Shown piece by piece: positions 1-9,151 of a DNA stretch of 64,000 nt (the first letter of the stretch is position 1; every line of letters starts with the position of its first letter). The notes under the pieces are model-generated. The model saw only the letters and a program-made list of their open reading frames with translations. It made no database searches and was not told the origin of the DNA. Position numbers and translations under genes: made by a program. The DNA comes from a virus, in IMG/VR virus record IMGVR_UViG_3300017714_002439; one strand, given 5' to 3'.

Positions 1-6
1 TGTAGT

Positions 7-363
7 ATGAAAGGTGTTTTAGAAAAGCAGAGTAGAGATATGCCTGGTATTGTAGAACATAGATTTAATCAATTACAAGAAGTAGAAGCGATACTAGAAC
101 ACTTAAACACAGAAATGCGTAAATTACGTAGTCAAACATTTAGAAAGTTTTTAGAAAACTACAACAAGGCATTAAGTAGCCGTGATGCAGAAAAATATGT
201 AGACGGAGAAGCACCAGTTGTGGATTTACAATATCTCATTAACGAATTTAGTTTAGTGAGAAACAAATATATTGGTATAATCAAAGCATTAGAGGCCAAG
301 CAGTTTCAAATCAATAACGTAGTTAAACTACGTGCCGCAGGATTAGAAGATATATCACTCTGA
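7..363 (+). CDS. uvsY: UvsY-like recombination mediator (possibly 5'-truncated by window edge)
   Basis: Helical protein with C-terminal ...KALEAKQFQINNVVKLRAAG resembling UvsY of T4-like phages; frame open to window edge. Confidence 0.6.
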   Translation: MKGVLEKQSRDMPGIVEHRFNQLQEVEAILEHLNTEMRKLRSQTFRKFLENYNKALSSRDAEKYVDGEAPVVDLQYLINEFSLVRNKYIGIIKALEAKQFQINNVVKLRAAGLEDISL

Positions 364-411
364 TAAATAATACTGAGCACAATGATGTGTTACTAAACTC
401 AAGAGTAATAA

Positions 412-1116
412 ATGCCCTCACCATTTAAAAAACCCTGGCACTTCGATAAATTCAAAGAAGATAAAGAAGGCGACTATGTTAAAATAGTAGGGATATTAGC
501 AGGTGACTGGAAAGCAGAAATAGAACACGCTCGTAGCAAAGGTGTAACAAATCAAAACTACAACGAACAAAGATACGAGCATGCGGCTAATGTTAAAAGC
601 AAAGATCATGTTGTAGAAGATGCAGACAATCCAGATGGAAAGCCAGAAGCAACTATGTTTCGTAAAGTTAATTACGATAAGTTTCCAGGAGAGTTTCCAC
701 AGTTTACAAAGATTACAGACATGTTTTGTTTCAACACAGATGAGAAACTAACATGTAAATTTAACGATCAGTATCCAAATGATCAGCTAATGTGGCACAT
801 TGATAACTTACCCGGAAACCCACGCAAGGATAGAGTTATTGATAACCCAGAGTTTAAGTATCAGCATCCTGATAAGATACGTTTTTTAATTACATTAGAA
901 GATTGGGAGCCAGGACAGATATTTCAATTTGGTAATCGTGTATATACACAATGGAAAGCAGGAACAATATTTGCATGGGAATGGAGCACACTGCCGCATG
1001 TTACATGGAATGGTAGTTGGACTAAAAGACCTTGTTTGCAGATAACAGGAACAGCAACAGAAACAACATGGAATTTGGTTGCAAAAGGTAATAAAGAAAC
1101 TATATATAAAATTTAA
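412..1116 (+). CDS. 2OG-Fe(II) oxygenase-like (double-stranded beta-helix) protein
   Basis: HxD (WHID), distal His (LPHVTW), terminal R-x-x-L-Q-I-T-G strand. Confidence 0.55.
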   Translation: MPSPFKKPWHFDKFKEDKEGDYVKIVGILAGDWKAEIEHARSKGVTNQNYNEQRYEHAANVKSKDHVVEDADNPDGKPEATMFRKVNYDKFPGEFPQFTKITDMFCFNTDEKLTCKFNDQYPNDQLMWHIDNLPGNPRKDRVIDNPEFKYQHPDKIRFLITLEDWEPGQIFQFGNRVYTQWKAGTIFAWEWSTLPHVTWNGSWTKRPCLQITGTATETTWNLVAKGNKETIYKI

Positions 1117-1135
1117 AAAAAGTTTAAAAAAAAGG

Positions 1136-1164
1136 TTGACCTTTTGTTAAAAGTATTGTATATT
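1136..1164 (+). promoter_or_regulatory. sigma70-type promoter of the ncRNA
   Basis: TTGACC-N17-TATATT with TG extension and upstream A-tracts. Confidence 0.75.
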
Positions 1165-1171
1165 AATAAAC

Positions 1172-1388
1172 ATAAGCAACAAAGAGTTTAGCGGCTCAAT
1201 GTTTATAGTGCAAGGAAGAGGCGTTACCTAGGCGTCGAACTTGACTGCTCAGGGGTTATACCCAGGCTTTACCCGGAAAACGGAGGGAGTCACATTGCGG
1301 ATACGCAGGAGTAGGTGGTAGTGTAGTTAGAAAAGGTATCTAGATGTGCTACTTGGAGGTGCACCCCAGTCCTCCCTATTTTGCTTAT
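1172..1388 (+). ncRNA. Structured non-coding RNA of unknown family
   Basis: Own promoter and terminator; 91/180 GC in 1201-1380 (hand count); ATAAGCAA/TTGCTTAT terminal helix; several nested hairpins; only a 10-codon ORF. Confidence 0.7.
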
Positions 1389-1390
1389 TT

Positions 1391-1419
1391 AAAAACCCAG
1401 TTTTAGGACTGGGTTTTTT
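1391..1419 (+). terminator. Intrinsic terminator
   Basis: AAAAACCCAGT/ACTGGGTTTTT stem followed by T tract. Confidence 0.85.
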
Positions 1420-1434
1420 CTTGACTAAAAAAGG

Positions 1435-1463
1435 TTGACAAGTAAGACTTCTTACCGTATACT
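1435..1463 (+). promoter_or_regulatory. sigma70 promoter with palindromic spacer element
   Basis: TTGACA-N17-TATACT; GTAAGA-CT-TCTTAC in spacer. Confidence 0.85.
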
Positions 1464-1496
1464 GTTATTATAAAGTTTAATTAGCAGGAGAATACT

Positions 1497-2231
1497 ATGC
1501 CAGCAACACAAGTAAAAAATGATATAAGCAATTATACACCAGCTGAAATACTAGCTATCTCATTTGAGGTGTTTGATGCACAAGGTTTTGTTAAAAGTGG
1601 ATTTGGGTATAAAGAACCTACTAATACAGTAGACGAAGAAGGAAATCAAATTTACACTGATATTAAAGATAACAAAACAGTTATTCTTGAAACAGTAAAA
1701 AACTTTAATGGAAAATACATTCCTAATCAAAAATACGTAGATCAAGCAACAGCAGAAATTGAACGCATTAATGGTAAATTAATGATGAAGAAACTAAGTG
1801 GTGATCTTAGTAATTTTGAAGGTGGATTAGTTAAAGCATTAGAAGAAGATGTTAACAACTTCCATGTAAGTATTATTGCAAGTGTTCCAAATTCAGTTAA
1901 GATTGATAAGAAGCGTGAAGCACTAAATGACAGATTAATTCAACTAAAACATACCAGTCAATTTATAGGTAAAAAAGGTGTTCGTTACGATATAGATGTT
2001 GATGTAATTGATGTTAAATTTATTCAATCTAGCGATGTTTATATGATTACGTGTGTATCAGATAACAGAGATATTGTTAAGTTTTGGTGGAGAGAACAGC
2101 CAGATTTAACTGATATTATTGAAGGTAAAACAATATCAATTCGTGGAACAGTAAATAAGCAAGAAATCAGCAAATACAGTAACGCAAAAGAGACTCTTTT
2201 CAATAGAGTTAAGCTATCTAATATAAAATAA
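1497..2231 (+). CDS. Hypothetical protein with probable C-terminal OB fold
   Basis: AGGAG SD; C-terminal FIGKKG...ISIRGTV beta pattern. Confidence 0.5.
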   Translation: MPATQVKNDISNYTPAEILAISFEVFDAQGFVKSGFGYKEPTNTVDEEGNQIYTDIKDNKTVILETVKNFNGKYIPNQKYVDQATAEIERINGKLMMKKLSGDLSNFEGGLVKALEEDVNNFHVSIIASVPNSVKIDKKREALNDRLIQLKHTSQFIGKKGVRYDIDVDVIDVKFIQSSDVYMITCVSDNRDIVKFWWREQPDLTDIIEGKTISIRGTVNKQEISKYSNAKETLFNRVKLSNIK

Positions 2232-2288
2232 TTTCAAAAAAAAATGCTAAATGCTTGAAAAATAAGGGTTTTTTTCTTGCTGATTTAG

Positions 2289-2317
2289 TTGACAACCAAG
2301 ACATCTTGCTGTATAAT
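2289..2317 (+). promoter_or_regulatory. sigma70 promoter with palindromic spacer element
   Basis: TTGACA-N17-TATAAT; CAAGA-CA-TCTTG in spacer. Confidence 0.85.
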
Positions 2318-2350
2318 ATAACTATATTAACAATAAAAAAGGACGTAAAA

Positions 2351-2701
2351 ATGGCACAATTTAAACTATACCAAATACACTTAACAGATGCTGAAATTGA
2401 CTTAATTAATGCAGAAGGACATGATGCAGTTCATAAACAGTCTTTAAAATTAGATATGAATTTGCGTAAAACTGATACAGGTGCAGTTGCCAGCGATGCG
2501 TTTACTCGTGGGTATTACACACACGTATCAAACATTACTGCTGATGATCTTAATGGTGTATTTCATATAGGTAACATGGGTCCAGAAGAAAATATTGAGA
2601 GATTAGCTCCAATGTATTCATGTTCAGTAGGCGACATTATTGAAGACGAAGTAGGTAACAAACAAGTTGTTGCTAACTTTGGTTTTGCGGAAGTGGCGTA
2701 A
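2351..2701 (+). CDS. YodL-like hypothetical protein (start reassigned to ATG 2351)
   Basis: AAGGA SD before 2351; the longer ORF overlaps the promoter; SCSVGDII motif. Confidence 0.55.
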   Translation: MAQFKLYQIHLTDAEIDLINAEGHDAVHKQSLKLDMNLRKTDTGAVASDAFTRGYYTHVSNITADDLNGVFHIGNMGPEENIERLAPMYSCSVGDIIEDEVGNKQVVANFGFAEVA

Positions 2702-2709
2702 ATAAAAGG

Positions 2710-2738
2710 TTGACAAGTAAGAAGTCTTACTGTAATAT
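2710..2738 (+). promoter_or_regulatory. sigma70 promoter with palindromic spacer element
   Basis: TTGACA-N17-TAATAT; GTAAGA-AG-TCTTAC in spacer. Confidence 0.85.
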
Positions 2739-2773
2739 ATTAATATAAACTAAAAAACAGGAGTTTTTAATAA

Positions 2774-3640
2774 ATGACACAGATGCAATTAAAAAAAGTT
2801 CGTAAAAGTAAAAAAGGCGAAACAATTGTTGAAGTTCTTCCTAATAATGTGAAGGATAATCCAAACGAAACAGATGCACAAATTATTGAGCGTATGAGAG
2901 AACGTTTTAATATTTTAGACGATATGACACAAGCATCAATTGATGGTGTTGTTAGAGGTATGGTAGTAACAGGACCTCCAGGAGTTGGTAAGTCATTTGG
3001 TGTTGAACAAGTATTAGAAAAGAATAACTTGTTTGATAAAATTGCTGGTAACAAATTAAAGTTTGAAGTCATTAAAGGTGCCAGTTCTGCAATAGGATTA
3101 TATAAAGTATTGTATGATAATGCAGATAAAAATAGTGTCCTAGTTTTAGATGACTGTGATACAGTGTTGTATGATGAGACAAGTCTTAACTTGCTTAAAG
3201 CGGCACTTGACTCTTGTAAGAAAAGAAAACTAAGTTGGAACACAGATAGTGCATTACTAAGACGTGAAGGTATTCCAGATACTTTTGAATTTAAAGGTAG
3301 TGTTATCTTTATTACTAACCTTAAGTTTGATAATGTTAGAGGTAAGATTAAAGATCACTTAGCGGCAATCATGTCAAGATGTCATTACTTAGATCTTACA
3401 ATGGATACAATGCGTGAGAAAGTTCTAAGATGTAAGCAGATTGTTGCAGATGGTATGCTTAATGAATATCAGTTTACACAAGAAGAACAAGACGACTTAA
3501 TGAACTTTATGTTTGAGAACAAAGAAAAGATGAGAGAGATTAGTTTGAGAATGGTAACTAAACTTGCAGATCTTAAGAAAAGTTTTGGAACTGACAAGTG
3601 GAAAAGAACTGCAGAAGTCACATGTATGCGTAGAGTATAA
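2774..3640 (+). CDS. AAA+ ATPase
   Basis: Walker A GPPGVGKS, Walker B VLVLDDCD, sensor FITN, arginine finger SRC. Confidence 0.85.
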   Translation: MTQMQLKKVRKSKKGETIVEVLPNNVKDNPNETDAQIIERMRERFNILDDMTQASIDGVVRGMVVTGPPGVGKSFGVEQVLEKNNLFDKIAGNKLKFEVIKGASSAIGLYKVLYDNADKNSVLVLDDCDTVLYDETSLNLLKAALDSCKKRKLSWNTDSALLRREGIPDTFEFKGSVIFITNLKFDNVRGKIKDHLAAIMSRCHYLDLTMDTMREKVLRCKQIVADGMLNEYQFTQEEQDDLMNFMFENKEKMREISLRMVTKLADLKKSFGTDKWKRTAEVTCMRRV

Positions 3641-3661
3641 TAACAAAATACGATACATGGT

Positions 3662-3686
3662 AAAAGGCCCTTAACGGGCCTTTTTT
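3662..3686. terminator. Bidirectional intrinsic terminator between convergent genes
   Basis: AAAAGGCCC-TTAAC-GGGCCTTTTTT. Confidence 0.8.
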
Positions 3687-4801
3687 AATTGCTCTGCTAA
3701 TTCAGGATTGTAATCTTCCAGCCGTGTTCCATACATACGATCTGATATTTTTATTAAATCAATAAATTCCTGCCATTTCTTTGGATTATACTTTCTTTCT
3801 TGGCGTCCTTGAAAGTAACTTCGAACTTCAGGACAATCGTTTGATTCTAATATCCACGCTTCATACCAATCTGGTGCATGACAAACACTAAGATCACCTT
3901 CTCCCCAATTACTAAATGTTTCAAGTTCGTTTTGTTTGAACCACTGTATAGTATCAGTATAATTATTTAAATTAAGCAACGTAAATGTATTTAAAAATGT
4001 AAACCAATTAATATTGTCAAACGTAGATTTTATTGTGTTTGCATTTTCAATAATAGTTTCAAAGTTACTGCCCCATCGTTGATAATCGTTGTATTTGTAA
4101 ATTCCATCACAGCTAATTATAAAATTTAATTCTTTTACACTGTGCATTATATCTAGGGTTTCTCCCTTGGGTAAAATAGTAGCATTAGTATTATATAGTA
4201 GACTTAAATTCTGCTTGTTTGGAAACTTCTTTAAGAATGGTAAATGATGTTTTGATAACAACGGTTCACCACCAACAAACTTAATTTGTTCTACATGACT
4301 TAGATCAAATTCATCAAGTAAATCTGGGTCAAACACCCAGGTTGGATGCACATTCTTACCTAACAATTGATCTCGACGCCGTAATTTAGTTGAATTAAAA
4401 CTGCTACACATCTTGCATTCTAGGTTGCATGTGTTGTCTAGACTTACTTCAATATACTTTGTATGGAAGAATTCTTGTGTTAAACTTTCTCTGGCTATAT
4501 CGTATGAATCATTTGCACTTGTTCGCATTGACTTTCCGTGTATTTTGTCATCTTCATAACAGTTTATACATCCTTTAACAGGTATTCCTGCCAGCATCTC
4601 ACTTCTAATTTGACGGAATGCACTTTGATTCATGCGTTCAAGCAACTGTTTGCCATCTTCAATTTCACTGTCATCTTGTCGCATGTTATCCCATTCTTCT
4701 TGATTGAATTTACAACACGGACTTACACCACCGGTTTGTCCATCATAACTTGGATCTAACCGTAAATGCACCCAAGGAAGACTACAAAAATAATTATTCA
4801 T
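3671..4801 (-). CDS. Radical SAM protein with N-terminal SPASM/Twitch-like Cys motif
   Basis: CNLECKMC (CxxxCxxC), FVGGEPLL, N-terminal C...PCC...CxxC. Confidence 0.85.
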   Translation of the reverse strand: MNNYFCSLPWVHLRLDPSYDGQTGGVSPCCKFNQEEWDNMRQDDSEIEDGKQLLERMNQSAFRQIRSEMLAGIPVKGCINCYEDDKIHGKSMRTSANDSYDIARESLTQEFFHTKYIEVSLDNTCNLECKMCSSFNSTKLRRRDQLLGKNVHPTWVFDPDLLDEFDLSHVEQIKFVGGEPLLSKHHLPFLKKFPNKQNLSLLYNTNATILPKGETLDIMHSVKELNFIISCDGIYKYNDYQRWGSNFETIIENANTIKSTFDNINWFTFLNTFTLLNLNNYTDTIQWFKQNELETFSNWGEGDLSVCHAPDWYEAWILESNDCPEVRSYFQGRQERKYNPKKWQEFIDLIKISDRMYGTRLEDYNPELAEQLKKAR

Positions 4802-4806
4802 ACTAA

Positions 4807-4814
4807 TATTTATA
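4807..4814 (-). promoter_or_regulatory. T4-type late promoter, leaderless spacing
   Basis: TATAAATA-N5-ATG on minus strand, no SD. Confidence 0.65.
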
Positions 4815-4815
4815 A

Positions 4816-4821
4816 TAAATA
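4816..4821 (+). promoter_or_regulatory. Late promoter, leaderless spacing
   Basis: TAAATA-N5-ATG(4827), no SD. Confidence 0.6.
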
Positions 4822-4826
4822 TTATT

Positions 4827-5546
4827 ATGTCAAAAATAGCATTTATAGGTGATAGTTTTTCTGCATATAAACAAGCAGGTCAATTTGAAAATCATTGGTC
4901 ATGGAAATTAGCACAAAAATATCCACAACATACATATATAAATTATGCCACGGGCGGAATAGGGCATAACTATTATCAGTATGCTTTACTTGATGCAAAA
5001 ATGAATGGAGTAGATATTGTATTTGTTAGCAGAACATACAACCATCGTGTAGGCTTTCTTATTAATGATTATGAATTCAAATTTAATAAAGAAGCTCTAA
5101 CAGATAATTACACACTAGCATGTCTACAAGGTGACAGGTATGTATATTATTGTGGTTCTTCTGTATCTGGTGCTAAACATTTTTTACAAAGGTCATCAAC
5201 ATTTTTAAATTTAAGTAAATCTTTAAATCAGAAAATAGTAGATATATTACAGAATAAGAGTGTTTCGTTAACTAGTCAACAATACAATGATAAATGGTTT
5301 GATAACATAAAGGATTTATATAATTTTAAACACATAATACCATTAGAACTAATGAATATCACAGACGATAATGCTTTTAAACAAATGGCATCAGCACATG
5401 GTGTTGATAATTGTGAAATTGATGCTGACATGTTTAACTCTGGATTAATAGTATCTTTAACTGATAATCATTTGTCTCCCAAAGGTAATGATTGGGTTCT
5501 AGAAAATTATATTTTGACACTTGACACTATTAAGATACTAGAATAA
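4827..5546 (+). CDS. SGNH/GDSL-hydrolase-like protein
   Basis: N-terminal FIGDSF and C-terminal DNH (DxH) motifs. Confidence 0.6.
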   Translation: MSKIAFIGDSFSAYKQAGQFENHWSWKLAQKYPQHTYINYATGGIGHNYYQYALLDAKMNGVDIVFVSRTYNHRVGFLINDYEFKFNKEALTDNYTLACLQGDRYVYYCGSSVSGAKHFLQRSSTFLNLSKSLNQKIVDILQNKSVSLTSQQYNDKWFDNIKDLYNFKHIIPLELMNITDDNAFKQMASAHGVDNCEIDADMFNSGLIVSLTDNHLSPKGNDWVLENYILTLDTIKILE

Positions 5547-5549
5547 ATA
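5544..5549 (+). promoter_or_regulatory. Late promoter, leaderless spacing
   Basis: TAAATA-N5-ATG(5555), no SD. Confidence 0.6.
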
Positions 5550-5554
5550 TTAAC

Positions 5555-5887
5555 ATGGAATTTATAATTAAAGCAATCATAGGTGGACTAATCGTTGCAG
5601 GAGTTGTTACAGCGGCTCAGCGTGGAAACCCTACACTAGGCGCTTTAATACTTGGCATACCACTAGGTAGTGTTATCAGTCTTATCTTTATGTATTACTC
5701 AGGAGTTGATGTTAAAACATTTCAACAACTAGCACAAGAAACAGTTTATTTTGTTTTAGTTAGTTTGGTATTCTTTCCATTATTTGTTATTACATTAAAT
5801 CACTGGAATTTTTGGATGGCAATGTTAAGCTCTATTTCAGTAACAATGGTTGCATTATTATTCCTAAAACATTTCTTAGAAGGTTAA
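5555..5887 (+). CDS. Small 4-TM membrane protein (DUF3147-like)
   Basis: Four hydrophobic segments; KAIIGGLIV...GALILGIPLGS pattern. Confidence 0.55.
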   Translation: MEFIIKAIIGGLIVAGVVTAAQRGNPTLGALILGIPLGSVISLIFMYYSGVDVKTFQQLAQETVYFVLVSLVFFPLFVITLNHWNFWMAMLSSISVTMVALLFLKHFLEG

Positions 5888-5895
5888 TAGATCAA

Positions 5896-5924
5896 TTGAC
5901 AACTAAACTAAACTGTAGTATACT
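5896..5924 (+). promoter_or_regulatory. sigma70 promoter, leaderless spacing to uvsW
   Basis: TTGACA-N17-TATACT-N6-ATG, no SD. Confidence 0.8.
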
Positions 5925-5930
5925 TGTAGT

Positions 5931-7385
5931 ATGAATTGTGCAATAGTAATAAAAGATGAAGTAAATTGTAAAATTGAAGGTCTCGACTTAAACACTAGAA
6001 AAAAATGCGAGAAAGAACTAAAGTTCTTTATGCCATATGCATTTCATGTGCCAGCATATAAGTTAGGTAGATGGGATGGGTGTGTAAGTTTTTTCAGTGT
6101 TGGTGGTGTTACTTATGTTAATCTACTTGATAGAGTCTTGCCCATTATTATGGATGCTGGATATCAAATCACAGTAGACGATAAGCGACAACAAAATGAA
6201 TCATTTGATTTTGCGGCTGTAGATGAATCTACATTTGCACATAAAGTTTGGCCAGATAATCATCAATTAGCAGGCGAGCCAGTTGTGCTTAGAGATTATC
6301 AGATTACTATTGTTAATAAATATTTAACCACACCACAATGTTTGCAAGAAATTGCCACAGGTGCAGGTAAGACACTTATCACAGCTGCTCTATCCGAACG
6401 TGTAGAAAAGTATGGAAGATCAATTGTTATTGTCCCAAACAAAGATTTGGTAAGGCAGACATTTGATGATTATGAAAACTTAGGACTTGACGTTGGAGTT
6501 TATTTTGGCGACAAAAAAGATATAGGACGCACCCATACAATATGCACATGGCAAAGTTTAAATAGTATCAAGAAAAGATTCAGAGATGGTCTAGACGATA
6601 TGAGTTTAAGAGAGTTTTCAGATGGAGTAGTTTGTGTTATTGTAGACGAAGTCCATCAAGCAAAAGCAGATGTTTTAAAAGACATGCTTACTAAGGAATT
6701 TGCACATATTCCTTTACGTTGGGGACTTACTGGAACTATACCAAAAGAAGATCATGCTAAAGCAAGTTTACAAGCATGTCTTGGAGAAGTTACAAATAAA
6801 TTAAGTGCAAGCGAATTACAAGACATGGGAGTTTTAAGTAACTGTCACGTTAATGTAGTTCAACTAAAAGAAACGGCGGTATACAATAATTATCAAAGTG
6901 AGTTAACTTACTTAACTACAGATAAAGAACGTATGAAGTATCTCAGTAGTTTTATTCAAACAGTTGCTGAAACAGGTAATACACTTGTATTAGTAGATAG
7001 AATTAAAGCAGGAGAAATAATTGCAGAAAATATACCAGATGTTACTTTTGTTAAAGGTGCTATGAAAGTCACCGACAGAAAGGACGCATATGATGAGATT
7101 AATGAAGCAACTAATAGCATCACTGTCGCAACCTACGGTGTGGCTGCCGTTGGTATTAATATTCCACGTATATTTAACCTTATACTTCTTGAACCTGGGA
7201 AGTCGTTTGTTAGAGTTATCCAGTCAATAGGACGTGGAGTTCGTAAAGCCGAAGATAAAGATTTTGTTCAAATTTGGGATGTGACAAGCACAGCCAAGTT
7301 CAGCAAAAAGCATCTTACAGAACGTAAGAAATTTTACAAAGAAGCTAATTATCCTTTTACTATTGAGAAGACTGATTGGCGTTAA
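5931..7385 (+). CDS. uvsW: UvsW-like SF2 DNA helicase
   Basis: LRDYQ Q-motif, ATGAGKT, DEVH, LTGT, QSIGRGVR. Confidence 0.9.
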   Translation: MNCAIVIKDEVNCKIEGLDLNTRKKCEKELKFFMPYAFHVPAYKLGRWDGCVSFFSVGGVTYVNLLDRVLPIIMDAGYQITVDDKRQQNESFDFAAVDESTFAHKVWPDNHQLAGEPVVLRDYQITIVNKYLTTPQCLQEIATGAGKTLITAALSERVEKYGRSIVIVPNKDLVRQTFDDYENLGLDVGVYFGDKKDIGRTHTICTWQSLNSIKKRFRDGLDDMSLREFSDGVVCVIVDEVHQAKADVLKDMLTKEFAHIPLRWGLTGTIPKEDHAKASLQACLGEVTNKLSASELQDMGVLSNCHVNVVQLKETAVYNNYQSELTYLTTDKERMKYLSSFIQTVAETGNTLVLVDRIKAGEIIAENIPDVTFVKGAMKVTDRKDAYDEINEATNSITVATYGVAAVGINIPRIFNLILLEPGKSFVRVIQSIGRGVRKAEDKDFVQIWDVTSTAKFSKKHLTERKKFYKEANYPFTIEKTDWR

Positions 7386-7398
7386 GAGAGAAATATAA

Positions 7399-7899
7399 AT
7401 GAAAATATTAACCGTAGAAAACAAGACCTACGATTTGGATGAGATACCCGAGACTATTGACGATTTAAGATATGGTATTCTTGATTATACAAATCCAAGC
7501 AACGTAGATTATTATTTTATTCCACTAGTGTTTTTAGAAAGCTTCTATGCACCAGCGGCAATATTACAAATTGGACAAGTAACTATTAGCATGCCACTTG
7601 ATTGGCATATTGTTATATGTGATTCAGAAGTAGGCGATCCAGAGGTGATGAGTCTTATGAGTCTAAACGATAGAGGATTTACAGCATTTGCATTTAATCC
7701 AATTACAGGATTTAAACCAGAATATGTAGATATTTCAATTGTAAACATATACAGTGATGTTAAATGGTATGCACCTAAACTAAAATATGGACACCTATTA
7801 TGTGTTCCATTAAGCGACAAACCAAATTCGCCTTGTGTATTATTTGTTAAAGATGCAAACAAGTTACCAGAAGTGCTTGACATTGCAGAGCTTTGGTAG
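7399..7899 (+). CDS. Hypothetical protein
   Basis: Intact ORF in operon, GAGAG SD-like. Confidence 0.7.
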   Translation: MKILTVENKTYDLDEIPETIDDLRYGILDYTNPSNVDYYFIPLVFLESFYAPAAILQIGQVTISMPLDWHIVICDSEVGDPEVMSLMSLNDRGFTAFAFNPITGFKPEYVDISIVNIYSDVKWYAPKLKYGHLLCVPLSDKPNSPCVLFVKDANKLPEVLDIAELW

Positions 7900-7905
7900 T
7901 ATAGT

Positions 7906-8019
7906 ATGTATTGGGCATGGTATAGCAAATTAAGAAAACAAGGATATCCTTGGTGGAATTGTTTGTTATGGGCTCGATATAATAATAAGCATTACGACAT
8001 AGATGGAAATTATAAATGA
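7906..8019 (+). CDS. Possible 37-aa Trp/Tyr-rich small protein (not in ORF track)
   Basis: MYWAWYSKLRKQGYPWWNCLLWARYNNKHYDIDGNYK fills the gap; stop overlaps the next ATG (ATGA). Confidence 0.35.
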   Translation: MYWAWYSKLRKQGYPWWNCLLWARYNNKHYDIDGNYK

Positions 8020-8474
8020 GTAAGTTAAACATCAAAGAAGAAATGAGATCTATTGATCAAAAAGATCGAGCTTGGTATGATAGTCTTACAGATGATGAGA
8101 AAAAGAAACTTGGCTTATGGTTATTAATGCGTTATACAAGTAATGCAAGCGGCAAGCATGCAGAACATTATTTAGAATGGACTAATGAAGCAGTTAATGT
8201 GCATTTTAATACAATAAGAAAACACCCACAGTTGCAATATCAATTGCTACAACTGGTTGGAATTGGTTCTACGGTATTCCATCCTTGGATAGCACCAGGT
8301 AAAGCGGGTAAGAAAAATAAACTACAGAGCTGGTTTGTAGAAAATTATTCACATCTAAATGATGATGAGATTGATATTATGTTAAGCAGTAGCAAAGATG
8401 AAATTAAAGCATTGCTACGTGAATACGGATTAAAGGACAAAGAAATAAAAGATCTCATTGGTAAACTTAAATGA
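8016..8474 (+). CDS. Probable clamp-loader small subunit (gp62-like)
   Basis: LWLLMRYTS...HPQLQYQLL pattern reminiscent of gp62; replication cluster context. Confidence 0.45.
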   Translation: MSKLNIKEEMRSIDQKDRAWYDSLTDDEKKKLGLWLLMRYTSNASGKHAEHYLEWTNEAVNVHFNTIRKHPQLQYQLLQLVGIGSTVFHPWIAPGKAGKKNKLQSWFVENYSHLNDDEIDIMLSSSKDEIKALLREYGLKDKEIKDLIGKLK

Positions 8475-9151
8475 CAGAAGTTTTTAAATGCGAATATTGT
8501 AATAAAGTATTTAAGCGTGAAAGCACTTTGTCTGTGCATATGTGCGAACGTAAACGCAGATACATGGCCAAAGAAGATAAAGACGTGCAACTTGCATTTA
8601 GATCATATCAATTGTTTTATCGTATAGGAACAAATTCAAAAAGTGCTAAATCATTTAATGACTTTGCATCAAGTCAGTATTATACTGCATTTGTAAAGTA
8701 TGCAAAATATTGTATAGAATTACGTGTAGATGATGTTCCTGAATATACACGTTGGTTATTAAAAAACCAAGTAAGAATTGATAGATGGACAAGCGATAGA
8801 AATTTTGCGTCTTGGATTAAAACAAGATTAAAAACAGAAAGTCCAGATAGAGCTATTGAAAGAACAGTTTTATTCTTAAAAGAATGGAGTAATGAATCTG
8901 GATATAATTGGAACGAATACTTCCGCACAGTGGCGCCAAATCTTGCTGTATTTCACATTTGTAGTGGTAAGATTAGTCCATGGATAGTATATGGAAGTTC
9001 GCAAGCACAAGGGCTATTAGACAAGCTCTCAAGTGAACAAATAAAGATGGTAACAGACTACATAGACCCATATCATTGGCAAAGAGTAATGAAAACAAAT
9101 GCTGAAGATTTTACATGGGTAGAAGGAATTTTAGAAGAGGCAAATTTATGA
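8471..9151 (+). CDS. Zn-finger-led replication-cluster protein (possible helicase loader)
   Basis: CEYC...HMC motif; helicase-loader role inferred from position only. Confidence 0.4.
   Translation: MTEVFKCEYCNKVFKRESTLSVHMCERKRRYMAKEDKDVQLAFRSYQLFYRIGTNSKSAKSFNDFASSQYYTAFVKYAKYCIELRVDDVPEYTRWLLKNQVRIDRWTSDRNFASWIKTRLKTESPDRAIERTVLFLKEWSNESGYNWNEYFRTVAPNLAVFHICSGKISPWIVYGSSQAQGLLDKLSSEQIKMVTDYIDPYHWQRVMKTNAEDFTWVEGILEEANL

Noticed and set aside
1199-1231. 10-codon ORF MFIVQGRGVT inside the ncRNA; considered a tmRNA tag or leader peptide
   Set aside because: No SD, no ..AA-stop tag, no tRNA-like ends; expected by chance.
2767-3243. Long antisense ORFs (also 19877..20440, 30056..30526, 35967..36512, 56908..57630 and other minus-strand shadows)
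   Set aside because: They lie fully opposite well-supported genes, have no start signals, and show Ser/Leu/Phe-rich shadow composition.
7877-7908. TTGACA-N17-TATAGT immediately followed by ATG
   Set aside because: Zero spacing puts the ATG upstream of +1, so it was not counted as leaderless; the promoter may still serve downstream genes.
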